Below, piece after piece: positions 1-9,462 of a stretch of DNA of 62,241 nucleotides. Below the pieces are notes generated by a model, which was not told the origin of the DNA, ran no database searches, and saw nothing but the letters and a program-made list of their open reading frames with translations. Numbering within the stretch: position 1 is the first letter of the stretch; each line of letters opens with the position of its first letter. Source of the DNA: a virus (Duplodnaviria > Caudoviricetes); IMG/VR virus record IMGVR_UViG_3300037485_001606, positions 1-62,241 of that record; one strand, given 5' to 3'. The translations under genes were made by a program, and so were the position numbers.

Positions 1-127
1 GAGCTCTTCCCCGGTATGACCCTGTCTGTGGACTCTAAGGCTGCTGGTCGGTGGAACACGGCCCAAGGCGGTGAAGCCTTCTTCATTGGTAAGGGCGGCG
101 CGATGACCGGGCGCGGCGGTAATATTG
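1..127. repeat. Terminal direct repeat, left copy (identical to 62115-62241); most likely the assembly overlap of a circular or permuted genome
   Basis: Exact 127-nt match between the two ends; the TerL frame continues across the join. Confidence 0.95.
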
Positions 128-1098
128 TCATCTTGGACGATATTTTGGATGAGCAGGATGCTCTGTCCGATACGGCTATGGAGAATACGTGGGAGTGGTA
201 CACCTCGGGCCCCCGTCAGCGGCTCCAGCCCGGGGGTGCGATCATCGTGATTAATACTCGGTGGAAGACCGATGACCTGTCTGGTCGTTTGCTCAAGCAG
301 CAGGGTTACCTAAAGTCGGACCAGTGGGAGGTGCTGGAGTTCCCCGCCATCCTCCCGTCAGGCAACCCCCTCTGGCCGGAGTATTGGCCCATCGATGAAT
401 TGGAGAAGGTGAAGGTTTCGATTGGTTTGAAGAAGTGGAACGCGCAGTGGCAGCAGCAGCCCACGAACGACGAGGGGGCAGTCTTGAAGCGCAACTGGTG
501 GCGCAAGTGGCAGCACACGGAACCACCTGAGTGTGAGTACATTTTGCAGACTATGGATACGGCGTACTCGAAGAAAGAGACTGCTGACTTCTCGGTCATC
601 GCAACGTGGGGCGTGTTCACTCCTGATTTTGACTCTGGCCCGAATTTGATTCTGTTGAATGTGCGCAAGGGGCGCTGGGACTTTCCGGAGCTTAAGCGCG
701 TTGCGCGGGACGAGTACATGTATTGGAAACCCGATAACGTCCTGATTGAAGCCAAGGCCACCGGCACGCCACTCCAGCAGGAGCTCCGTCGGATCGGGGT
801 CCCCGTGACGATGTTCTCACCCGGTGGACGGCGCTTGAATCAGGATAAGTTGAGCCGTGCCAATGCCGTGGCCCCGATGCTCGAATCGGGAATGGTGTGG
901 TATCCGGAAGGGTTGGAGTGCGCCGAGGAGCTGGTGGAAGAGTGCGCTGCTTTTCCGAATGGCCCGCATGACGATCAGGTGGACGTGACGACCATGGCTC
1001 TGCAGAGGTTTCGTCAGGGCAATTTTATTGCTTTGGATACGGATGATCAGGAGGAGACTCCTGCACAGTCTGATCGGGGGGAGGTTGAGTATTACTGA
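1..1098 (+). CDS. terL: Terminase large subunit, C-terminal part (gene starts at 61737; about 491 aa once circularised)
   Basis: Walker B-like IVILDD, TRW motif, RNase H-like nuclease acidic motifs (MDTAY, IEAKATG, HDDQVD); in frame with 61737-62114. Confidence 0.95.
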   Translation, partial: ELFPGMTLSVDSKAAGRWNTAQGGEAFFIGKGGAMTGRGGNIVILDDILDEQDALSDTAMENTWEWYTSGPRQRLQPGGAIIVINTRWKTDDLSGRLLKQQGYLKSDQWEVLEFPAILPSGNPLWPEYWPIDELEKVKVSIGLKKWNAQWQQQPTNDEGAVLKRNWWRKWQHTEPPECEYILQTMDTAYSKKETADFSVIATWGVFTPDFDSGPNLILLNVRKGRWDFPELKRVARDEYMYWKPDNVLIEAKATGTPLQQELRRIGVPVTMFSPGGRRLNQDKLSRANAVAPMLESGMVWYPEGLECAEELVEECAAFPNGPHDDQVDVTTMALQRFRQGNFIALDTDDQEETPAQSDRGEVEYY

Positions 1099-1142
1099 GA
1101 GCGGGTCTAAAATGGCTAATCTATTTCCACGGACCGCGAATC

Positions 1143-4100
1143 ATGTCCCAAGAACTCTCTGACAAAATCCGTGCTGCGGCACAGGCTAAAGGTATTGACC
1201 CCGAGGTGGCACTGCGAATCGCAGGCGCGGAGAGTACGTACAACCCCAAGGCCCAGTCCAAGACATCCTCTGCTGGCGGATTGTTTCAGGTGGTGGATAA
1301 GACGTGGAAAGATTTTGGCGGGGCTCCGGGCAAGAAGATGGACCCTGTTGAGAATATCCGCGTGGGTACGGATATTATTGCTAAGAACACAGAATCGCTT
1401 AAGGGGTTCTTGAACCGCGATCCGCGGCCCGCGGAGGTTTATGCCGCTCATTACTTCGGGGCCACCGGAGCCAAGGGCGTCTTGTCCGCGGACCCCAATA
1501 CCCCTGCTATAGATGTTTTGGGCGCAAGGGTGATTCGGGACAATCCGAATTTAAAGGGGAAGACCACGGGTCAGGTGATGGCTCAGTTGGAGAAGAAGAT
1601 GGGGGGAACTGCGGTGGCAGCCCCTGTTGTCTCACGTGAACCAATTCCTGAACAGACCCCTGCCGAGCAGATGATGGAACCGGCGTTGCGCTCTGGCATG
1701 ACTGCTCAAGCACCAGCAACTCCTGAAGTCCCGGCCGCCGCAGAACGGACCGCGAGCCTCGGCCCTAGTTATCAGGCAGCGCTTGCTTTGTCTTTCTTGT
1801 CGGATACGGATGATAAGGAAGACCGAGACATTGACCGCGAACCGGGCATCGCGGAGAAGTGGTTGGCCGAGCAGCCAGAAAAGCAAACAACGCTGGCCGG
1901 ATTCTCTGACATCAGTATTAAGTCTCCTTTTGCAGAACCGGCACAGCCTCAGATGCTGGCCGATGGCGGCGAGGTAGGGGAGCCCGCCCCTGTCCGGGAG
2001 CCCGGGCAGGTCACCGGGATAAATAAATTTCTTGATTTTGTGGCGCAGCGCTTGCCTGCGGAGAAGTTCCCGACAGCGGGAAGAGTATTCCTTGAGTCGG
2101 TTCAGGGTAAGCAGGAGCCAATCACTGAGTCTCATTTTTCTCCCCAAGAACTGGATACTATCCGCGAGATGGTGAATCTTAAGGGTGGGGAGTCGGGCGC
2201 GATTAGCTATCAGGATTACGGTAAGTTGGGTAAGGAAATGCGCAAAAGGGGCGAGCTTCCCACGTCGCTTTCCCCCAGTTTGTTTTCCATGTCTGATCCC
2301 TTGGGCAACGTGCAGACCACCTTGGGTCGGTTTAAGTATTCCCGCGATCCAAGTGGCAATCTGCAGGTCACAGACAGCTATGACTTCAATCCCCCTAACG
2401 AGATGGCCACGCAAGAAGCGCGGACCGGGGACTACGGTGCTTTGGGCCCCTACGGCTTGATCCGTGATTACGCGGGGGAAAAACTACCACCGGGCAAGGG
2501 TCGCAAGGTCCAAATCAATCTTGGTATGCCCGTTAAGCGGGCCGGTGGCGGTGAAGCCGAGCCAACTCCCGAGGAATTGGAAGCAGCTTCGCGCCCGGCC
2601 ACAGTCAATCCGATGATTCAACGGCAGGGTGAGGCCGCTCGGAGGTTGGCGGCCATGCGGGACGTGAATACGCTCCCCGATCCGCGGACCTATGCTGCTG
2701 TTTCTGGTTTTATGGGCATTGCCCCTGATGAAATGGGCTTCTCCGCCATGCATCAGGACCTTCCCGGCATCAAAAAAGCAGGTGAAGCTGGTTTTTACGC
2801 AGGAACCGCGGCCCAAGTGGCCCCGCTGGTCGGTCCTGCTGCCAAAATGCTTGGGAAATTTGCCGGAAGTGCGCTTAATGAGCGTATCTTGGCAGGCAAG
2901 CCCCCCGTTCCCGGGTTAGGGATGCCCTCCCCACTGGCTTTTGCGGTCAAACCGCGCGGCGGCGTGTCGGCCTACACCGGCCAGACCCCCGGTATCTCTG
3001 ATGTGGACCATGTAATCCTTAATTACACTAAGGCAGCAGAACAATTAAGGGCTCCGGACGAGGTTCAGGAGTTCTTGAGGGCCAAAGCGCCCAAATACTT
3101 TGCCTCAAACTATGGAACAGCGGATGACCCGTTGCGTACGGCGTTGCGCGAGCGTCGTATCGAGCCTTTTGGCCGGGATCAACCAAAACTGCCCCCATAT
3201 CTGATTGATACGGCAGGCCAGCCCGAGGCCCGTGGATATTTGCAGGCCAAAACTGATCTGGAACGTGTATACGACGAAATGACGGGCATCCGCCCCTTTG
3301 CGTTGAAGCCAGAGGGGGTTACAAACATGGGGTCCGAAGCAAGCATACGAAAAATGCTTTCGGAGAAGATGGGGGAAGAGGGCGTGCCTATCGAAGCGCG
3401 GAACGTGCCTTCGGTCAATAGTTATTCTCAGGAAGACTTTGCCAAGTACCCTTCCAGCTCCAGAATGTTGAGCCAATTTGTGGAAAACCAAGAAAAGCTG
3501 CCTTCATCGATTCAGCATGCGCTAAAAACAGGCGAGCCCATCTTTGATGTCAACCCAAACATGGAAATGCTGTCTCCGCTCAACGTGGTGCAAGCCCTGC
3601 AAGAAGTTCCGGCCAACAAGCTTAAGAACATGAGCTTCCCAGAAGCGTTGATTCAGGGGGCTAAAGCATTGGCCCCGATCCGCGATTACCGCACCGCGAT
3701 AGATTTAGCGGACAGAGGCGCAAGTGTCCCACGTAAAGCGTTGGACTTGTACACCCGGCCCGTGGTCGATGCTCCTTCGGTAGGCGGCCAGTGGGTTCAG
3801 CTTACCAAACCGGTGGCCACGGAGCTTGAAGGCAAATTGATGAAGCACTCGATTGGTGGATATGGCGCGGGGGACTACTACGGCACCGCGTACACTCAGT
3901 TACCCTATGGAGGTAAAAAGGCTTTTGACGATGGCTTGGTTCGCGTGTACTCTCTCCGGGATAAGCAGGGCTTGCCTGAGGTCTCTGTTGAGATGGCTAA
4001 GTCCAGTGCGGGCAAGGGAGATACTTGGAACGTGTCCCAGATTCGAGGTCGATTTAATTCTGAGCCCTCACTAGAAACGCATGGGGATATCTTCAATTTG

Positions 4101-4241
4101 TTGAGTAAGATCGACAAGACAGACGGGTTAAACGATGTCAAGGCAAATAGCTATACAAGATCGGCTACAGGTGATACCGTAGAAGGTTCTGCAGTGGACT
4201 GGGGCCGGGAATATCGTCTGTGGAAACAAAGCGCTGAATAA
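1143..4241 (+). CDS. Large multidomain virion-associated protein: N-terminal lytic transglycosylase (SLT-like), C-terminal PcfJ-like domain
   Basis: IAGAES..N, SSAGGLFQ, YAAHYFG lysozyme-like motifs; C-terminal EGKLMKHSIGGY..VYSLRD..SQIRGRFN pattern. Confidence 0.7.
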   Translation: MSQELSDKIRAAAQAKGIDPEVALRIAGAESTYNPKAQSKTSSAGGLFQVVDKTWKDFGGAPGKKMDPVENIRVGTDIIAKNTESLKGFLNRDPRPAEVYAAHYFGATGAKGVLSADPNTPAIDVLGARVIRDNPNLKGKTTGQVMAQLEKKMGGTAVAAPVVSREPIPEQTPAEQMMEPALRSGMTAQAPATPEVPAAAERTASLGPSYQAALALSFLSDTDDKEDRDIDREPGIAEKWLAEQPEKQTTLAGFSDISIKSPFAEPAQPQMLADGGEVGEPAPVREPGQVTGINKFLDFVAQRLPAEKFPTAGRVFLESVQGKQEPITESHFSPQELDTIREMVNLKGGESGAISYQDYGKLGKEMRKRGELPTSLSPSLFSMSDPLGNVQTTLGRFKYSRDPSGNLQVTDSYDFNPPNEMATQEARTGDYGALGPYGLIRDYAGEKLPPGKGRKVQINLGMPVKRAGGGEAEPTPEELEAASRPATVNPMIQRQGEAARRLAAMRDVNTLPDPRTYAAVSGFMGIAPDEMGFSAMHQDLPGIKKAGEAGFYAGTAAQVAPLVGPAAKMLGKFAGSALNERILAGKPPVPGLGMPSPLAFAVKPRGGVSAYTGQTPGISDVDHVILNYTKAAEQLRAPDEVQEFLRAKAPKYFASNYGTADDPLRTALRERRIEPFGRDQPKLPPYLIDTAGQPEARGYLQAKTDLERVYDEMTGIRPFALKPEGVTNMGSEASIRKMLSEKMGEEGVPIEARNVPSVNSYSQEDFAKYPSSSRMLSQFVENQEKLPSSIQHALKTGEPIFDVNPNMEMLSPLNVVQALQEVPANKLKNMSFPEALIQGAKALAPIRDYRTAIDLADRGASVPRKALDLYTRPVVDAPSVGGQWVQLTKPVATELEGKLMKHSIGGYGAGDYYGTAYTQLPYGGKKAFDDGLVRVYSLRDKQGLPEVSVEMAKSSAGKGDTWNVSQIRGRFNSEPSLETHGDIFNLLSKIDKTDGLNDVKANSYTRSATGDTVEGSAVDWGREYRLWKQSAE

Positions 4242-4250
4242 GGAATAAAA

Positions 4251-6668
4251 ATGCCTATCGAGAAAAACAACGACCTGCCTGCAGGTAATGTGGATATTGA
4301 AATAGAGGATATCTTGCCCGGAGATATGCCCGATATTGAAATCACACTTGATCCTGAAACAGGCGGAGCCGATGTGACGTTGGGCGAGGAGGATGAAGAA
4401 GTTCCCTTTGATGCCAACTTGGCCGAGGTCCTTGACCCGGGCGTCTTGGCACAGATCAGCTCCGAGCTGATGCCCCTGTTCGAGGCAGATCAGTCTTCGC
4501 GTAAGGATTGGGAAGAGCAGTATGGCAAGGGCCTGAAGCTCTTGGGCTTTACCTTTGACGAGCGCACCAAACCATTCAAGGGCGCGGCTGCGGCCACGCA
4601 TCCTCTGCTCACAGAAGCCATTGTCCAGTTTCAAGCGCAGGCGCTCAAAGAGCTGCTGCCAGCAGAAGGCCCTGTCCGCACACAGGTGATGGGCAAGGAG
4701 ACGCGCGAGAGGCTCATGCAGGCTGACCGCGTGCGCGACTTCATGAACTACCAGATCACTTCGGTGATGGAAGAGTACACCCCGGATTTCGACCAGCTCC
4801 TGTTCTATGCGGGCTACGGCGGCTCGGCATTCAAGAAGGTCTACTACGACGAGGACAAAGGACGCATGGTCAGCAAGCTGATCCTGCCTGACAACCTGTA
4901 CATCCCATACAACGGTTCAAGCGTCATGAGTGAATGCGCTCGCATTACTCACGTGGTTCCAATGTCGGTCAACGATTACCGCAAGGCCGTGCTCCGCGGT
5001 CAGTATTTGGACAATGCCGAAGAACGCAGCAGTGTGGACATGGGCAACAACATCATCCAGAAGGAGACTGACCGTGTCACCAAGATTACTCCTAATGCGG
5101 ATGACGAGGAAATGGAACTGCTGGAGTTTCAGATCGACTGGGACTTAGAAGGCTTTGAGCATTGCGACGAGGACGATGAGCCAACAGGCTTGCGCCTGCC
5201 GTACGTCATCACTGTGGACAAGACATCAGCTTCTGTTATTGGCGTTCGTCGTAACTGGAAAGAAGGCGACGAGCTGTACCGCCGTAAGCAGTACTACGTG
5301 CACTACATGCTGGTGCAGGGCTTGGGTTCCTACGGCTTGGGCTTCCTACATCTGGTGGGAGGCCTGAGTCAGGCCGCAACGGCCGCGCTGCGCCAGTTAA
5401 TCGATGCCGGTACGCTGGTCAATCTCCCTGCAGGCTTCAAAGCCAAGGGCGCTCGCATCATGAACGACGATGTGCCGCTGCAGCCGGGCGAGTTCCGGGA
5501 TATTGACGCGGGCGGCGTGGAGCTGAGCCAGACGCTCATGCCCCTGCCCTACAAGGAACCAAGTCAGACGCTGTTCTCCCTGCTGGGCTTCTGTGCAGAC
5601 GCGGGCCGCCGCTTGGCCAGCGTTACGGACATGCAGGTGGGCGACAGCAACCAGAACGCGGCCGTGGGCACCACGATTGCTTTGTTGGAAAAAGGCGGAC
5701 AGGTCATGTCGGCCATCCACAAGCGCCTGCACTACGCACAGAAGATTGAATTCAACCTGTTGGCCAAAGGATTCGGGGAGTATCTCCCTGACGAGTACCC
5801 GTACGACGTGCCCGGCGAGAGCCGCACCATCAAGCGCAAGGACTTTGATGACCGCATTGACGTGTTGCCGGTTTCTGACCCCAACATCTTCTCTGTGGCC
5901 CAGCGCATTACCATGGCCCAGACGCAGTTGCAGCTTGCACAGAGCAACCCGCAGATGCACAACATGTATGAGGCCTATCGCCGCATGTACCAAGCCATTG
6001 GCGTGCGGGATATCGACCAAATCTTGAACACGCAGAACGTGGACAAACCCAAGGACCCGGCCAGCGAGAATTCGCAAGCTTTGGACGGTTCGCCGCTCAA
6101 GGCATTTGCTGGCCAGCAGCACGACGCGCACATCATGAACCACATCATGTTCGGCATGTCGCCCATAGTGGGTTCAATGCCTCAGGTGGCAACTACACTG
6201 CAAAAACACATCTTTGAACACATCCGTTTGAAGGCAGAAGAGTCCACAGAAGCAGAGCTCTTCACCCAATACGGTACGGACCCTGACAGCATGGTCTCTG
6301 CGCTCCAGCGCGAGGCGATGATTGCTATCAAGGTGGCCGAGTACTACCAAGAAGCCAAGAAGCTTCAGACAGACTTGCAAGGACCTCCTCAGGACGACCC
6401 ACTGGTCAAGGTCAAGGAGCAGGAAATTCAAGCTGGCGCTGCTGCCGATCAGGCAAAGGACCAGAACGAGAAGACCCGTATCCAGATCGAAGGCCAAAAG
6501 GTGCAGGGCGACATCGCCATGGACCGGGCCAAACTCGCGCTCGATTCCCAGAAACTACAGCAGCAAGGAACTCACAATGCAGCCCAAAACAGACAAGCCC
6601 GCGAAAGCTCCCAACTCCAAGCGTTTACCAAGTCCCAAAAGAGTGGCAACCCCAACAGACAAACCTAA
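4251..6668 (+). CDS. Portal protein
   Basis: 805 aa after TerL; HPLLTEAIVQFQAQA, GSAFKKVYYD and LRQLIDAGTL motifs typical of P22-like/podoviral portals; coiled-coil C-terminus; AAGGA RBS. Confidence 0.85.
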   Translation: MPIEKNNDLPAGNVDIEIEDILPGDMPDIEITLDPETGGADVTLGEEDEEVPFDANLAEVLDPGVLAQISSELMPLFEADQSSRKDWEEQYGKGLKLLGFTFDERTKPFKGAAAATHPLLTEAIVQFQAQALKELLPAEGPVRTQVMGKETRERLMQADRVRDFMNYQITSVMEEYTPDFDQLLFYAGYGGSAFKKVYYDEDKGRMVSKLILPDNLYIPYNGSSVMSECARITHVVPMSVNDYRKAVLRGQYLDNAEERSSVDMGNNIIQKETDRVTKITPNADDEEMELLEFQIDWDLEGFEHCDEDDEPTGLRLPYVITVDKTSASVIGVRRNWKEGDELYRRKQYYVHYMLVQGLGSYGLGFLHLVGGLSQAATAALRQLIDAGTLVNLPAGFKAKGARIMNDDVPLQPGEFRDIDAGGVELSQTLMPLPYKEPSQTLFSLLGFCADAGRRLASVTDMQVGDSNQNAAVGTTIALLEKGGQVMSAIHKRLHYAQKIEFNLLAKGFGEYLPDEYPYDVPGESRTIKRKDFDDRIDVLPVSDPNIFSVAQRITMAQTQLQLAQSNPQMHNMYEAYRRMYQAIGVRDIDQILNTQNVDKPKDPASENSQALDGSPLKAFAGQQHDAHIMNHIMFGMSPIVGSMPQVATTLQKHIFEHIRLKAEESTEAELFTQYGTDPDSMVSALQREAMIAIKVAEYYQEAKKLQTDLQGPPQDDPLVKVKEQEIQAGAAADQAKDQNEKTRIQIEGQKVQGDIAMDRAKLALDSQKLQQQGTHNAAQNRQARESSQLQAFTKSQKSGNPNRQT

Positions 6669-6720
6669 GAAAACGTATGTTTATCGCAAGGATGCGTTCA
6701 ATAAGGTGTTGATTACGTAA
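6577..6720 (+). CDS. Small basic protein (47 aa, MQPKTDKP...NKVLIT) overlapping the portal 3' end
   Basis: AAGGAA RBS at 6565-6570 ahead of ATG 6577; Lys/Pro-rich like the small genes at 11595 and 12273. Confidence 0.55.
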   Translation: MQPKTDKPAKAPNSKRLPSPKRVATPTDKPKKTYVYRKDAFNKVLIT

Positions 6721-6789
6721 CAAAAAGGTGCATAATGCACCCAAGCCCACGGACAGGGGTCTCATCTGTCTGCTTCATTGGAATAATCC

Positions 6790-6975
6790 ATGCTTGAATT
6801 TGCTGAAAGAACGCTGTTGGTTATCAAAGGACTTCGTCGCCAGACGGAGGACATTTTGGTGAGTGGCAGTGTGAAGGATATGGAGCAGTATCGGTTCCTG
6901 ATGGGACGCCTTGAAGGCTACAAGTTTGTTGAGATGGAAATTCAAAACCTACTCGGCAAAAACCAAGAGCAATAA
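6790..6975 (+). CDS. Conserved-type small hypothetical protein (61 aa)
   Basis: Fills the gap between portal and GroES; VKDMEQYRFLMG helix motif. Confidence 0.75.
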   Translation: MLEFAERTLLVIKGLRRQTEDILVSGSVKDMEQYRFLMGRLEGYKFVEMEIQNLLGKNQEQ

Positions 6976-6984
6976 GGAGTTTTT

Positions 6985-7437
6985 ATGGAAATGACTGCGC
7001 TGGAGAAGAAGTGGGCAGACGAAGCCGTTGCCCACGTGCCGTCCCTAGACGATGCTTATGACAAAGAGGGAAGCCTCGATGTCCAGAAGATCGAACAGAC
7101 GGTAATGGATCGTATTCCCACCCCCACGGGCTGGCGAATCATCATCCTGCCCTACCGAGGGGCTGAAAAATCCAAAGGTGGCATTGTGCTGTCAGAACAA
7201 ACCCGCCAGCGCGAGCAAGCGGCAACGGTCTGTGGCTATGTGTTATCTGTGGGCGAACTTGCCTATGCTGACCAAGGGAAATTCCCAACAGGTCCGTGGT
7301 GCAAGAAGGGGGACTGGGTTGTCTTTGGTCGCTACGCGGGCGCACGCTTGCCAATTGATGAAGGCGAAATCCGAATCCTCAACGATGATGAGATTTTGGC
7401 TACGATCAACAATCCTGAAGATATCATTCACCTATAA
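6985..7437 (+). CDS. groES: Co-chaperonin GroES (Cpn10) with N-terminal extension
   Basis: PTGWRIII..KSKGGIVL mobile loop, VLSVG, GDWVVFGRYAG, RILNDDEILA; AAGGAG RBS. Confidence 0.9.
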   Translation: MEMTALEKKWADEAVAHVPSLDDAYDKEGSLDVQKIEQTVMDRIPTPTGWRIIILPYRGAEKSKGGIVLSEQTRQREQAATVCGYVLSVGELAYADQGKFPTGPWCKKGDWVVFGRYAGARLPIDEGEIRILNDDEILATINNPEDIIHL

Positions 7438-7445
7438 GGCATGAC

Positions 7446-8363
7446 ATGAACAATGACATGAACCACGATCAGTTGGAGTTCGACCTTGGACAAGGCGAAA
7501 AAGAAGCCACGGTGACGTTTGAAAACGACGAAGCCGAAGGCAAGCAAGAACAACCGGTAGTTGAACAGAAGGAAACATCAGTTCATTCGGATGAGCTAGG
7601 CTCTGTCAACGAGGCCGTTCAGAAACGAATCGCCAAGCTGACCGCTAAGATGCGCGAGGCCGAGCGCCGCGAGCAGGCCGCCGTGGAGTATGCCAAGGGA
7701 TTGCAATCCCAGACGCAGAACCTCCAGCAACGACTAGTCAACACTGACTACAGCCGTCTAAGCGAAGCCAAAGCTCGATTGGAGTCTCAGCAGTCATCAC
7801 TGCGCCAGATTATCCAAAAGGCACGGGAAGAGAGTGACCTCGACACCGAAATGGAAGCACAAGAGCGCTTGGCCAGCCTGATACAGGAAAAAGGTCAAGT
7901 CTCTCAATGGCTAAATCAACAAGAGCACGCTGCTCGTAACCAACCTGCTCAACAGGAAGTTCCGCAACAGCGTCAACAACCAAAGCAAGCAGCCCCTGAT
8001 CCGCGTGCGGAAGACTGGGCTGCTAAAAACGAGTGGTTTGGACAAAATCGGGTAATGACTTACGCTGCATGGGGAATCCATCAGGATTTAATTGAGCGTG
8101 AGGGTGTTGACCCCCAGACCGACGAGTACTATACTGAATTGAATCGAAGAGTCAGGGAAGAATTTCCCCGGCATTTTGCAGGCGAGCAATCGTCTACTCA
8201 ATCAACCAGACAACAGCGTTCCGCGCCTGCTGTTGCCCCTGCATCCCGGAGTTCCGGAATAAATAGTGCGCGCCGAACTGTCCGGCTATCGCCGAGTCAG
8301 GTTGCTATTGCAAAGAAACTGGGTGTACCTCTTGAAGAGTATGCCAAGTACGTAAAGGAGTAA
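7446..8363 (+). CDS. Putative capsid scaffolding protein
   Basis: Acidic N-terminus, long coiled coil and short C-terminal helix motif, upstream of the capsid genes. Confidence 0.7.
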   Translation: MNNDMNHDQLEFDLGQGEKEATVTFENDEAEGKQEQPVVEQKETSVHSDELGSVNEAVQKRIAKLTAKMREAERREQAAVEYAKGLQSQTQNLQQRLVNTDYSRLSEAKARLESQQSSLRQIIQKAREESDLDTEMEAQERLASLIQEKGQVSQWLNQQEHAARNQPAQQEVPQQRQQPKQAAPDPRAEDWAAKNEWFGQNRVMTYAAWGIHQDLIEREGVDPQTDEYYTELNRRVREEFPRHFAGEQSSTQSTRQQRSAPAVAPASRSSGINSARRTVRLSPSQVAIAKKLGVPLEEYAKYVKE

Positions 8364-8366
8364 GTC

Positions 8367-8846
8367 ATGAGCGAAAAAATTACTATCGATAGAGCCAGCC
8401 GTTCCGCCGAAAGCCGGGACAAAGAAGTTCGTCGCAAGCCATGGCGTCCACCTTCACGTCTGGATGCACCACCTGCCCCCGAAGGGTATAAGTACCGTTG
8501 GATTCGTGCTGAAGTCAACGGGAACCTCGATAACCAAAACGTGTACAGCAAACTGCGTGAGGGATACGAACTTGTTCGTCCTGAAAATATTCCTGAGGAA
8601 TATCGTGCGACGCTGCCCACTATGGACGACGGCAAACATGCTGGCGTGATCTCCGTTGGTGGACTCTTGCTTGCCAAGATACCCGATGAGACCATTGAGG
8701 AACGAAATACTTATTTCCGCCAGAGGGCACAGGAACAGTTACATGCTGTGGACAACGAGATGATGCGTGAGAACGCCCACTCTTCAATGCGAATCCAGTC
8801 TCCGGACCGGAGTTCCCGCACAACATTCCGTCAGCCACAAGGCTGA
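8367..8846 (+). CDS. Conserved head-module protein (159 aa)
   Basis: WRPPSRLDAP..GYKYRWIR..LREGYELV..VGGLLLAKIP; coupled to the scaffold gene. Confidence 0.75.
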   Translation: MSEKITIDRASRSAESRDKEVRRKPWRPPSRLDAPPAPEGYKYRWIRAEVNGNLDNQNVYSKLREGYELVRPENIPEEYRATLPTMDDGKHAGVISVGGLLLAKIPDETIEERNTYFRQRAQEQLHAVDNEMMRENAHSSMRIQSPDRSSRTTFRQPQG

Positions 8847-8872
8847 TATCTTTAATCCTGTAGGAAATTCAA

Positions 8873-9460
8873 ATGGCAAATACTATTAAGCCTTTTGGTC
8901 TGCGTCCGTCGGGTAATCTTTCTGCTACCGGTGCTCAAAAGCAATACGGTTATCAGATCGAAGACAACTACAACACAGCCATTTTTCAAGGTGATCTCGT
9001 CGTCGTATTTGACGGTTACATCATCAAGTACGCCGCCGCTACACATGCCGCTCCAACTGGTGTGTTTAACGGTGTTCAGTACAACGACCCCACTCGAGCT
9101 AACAAGCCCACGTGGAAAAACTACTACCCCGGTAGCATCAACATCACCACAGGCATCATTGCTTGCGAAGTGTTGGACGATCCGTCGCAGTTGTTCTTGG
9201 TCCAAACTGATGGTGCATTTGTTCAAGCCAACATTGGCAAGAACGCTGACCCAACATCAGGAACCACAGGCAGTGTGAACTCTGGCGTATCGAATGGCTC
9301 TTTGGCCTCCTCGAGTATCGACAAAGCCTCCGGCCTGACTTTCAAAATCGTTGGCCTCTACGAGTCCCCAGAAAATGATCTGGGTGCAAATGCAGTGGTC
9401 GTTGTTAAACTCAATCAACACGTGTACGGTAGCGTCGGTGTTGCTGCAGATGGGATTTAA
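8873..9460 (+). CDS. Putative minor capsid/decoration protein
   Basis: MAN..PFGLRP start, IFQGDLV; directly upstream of the major capsid gene. Confidence 0.65.
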   Translation: MANTIKPFGLRPSGNLSATGAQKQYGYQIEDNYNTAIFQGDLVVVFDGYIIKYAAATHAAPTGVFNGVQYNDPTRANKPTWKNYYPGSINITTGIIACEVLDDPSQLFLVQTDGAFVQANIGKNADPTSGTTGSVNSGVSNGSLASSSIDKASGLTFKIVGLYESPENDLGANAVVVVKLNQHVYGSVGVAADGI

Positions 9461-9462
9461 TC

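Noticed and set aside
1-127. Biological terminal repeat
   Set aside because: It falls mid-TerL and has a typical assembler k-mer length.
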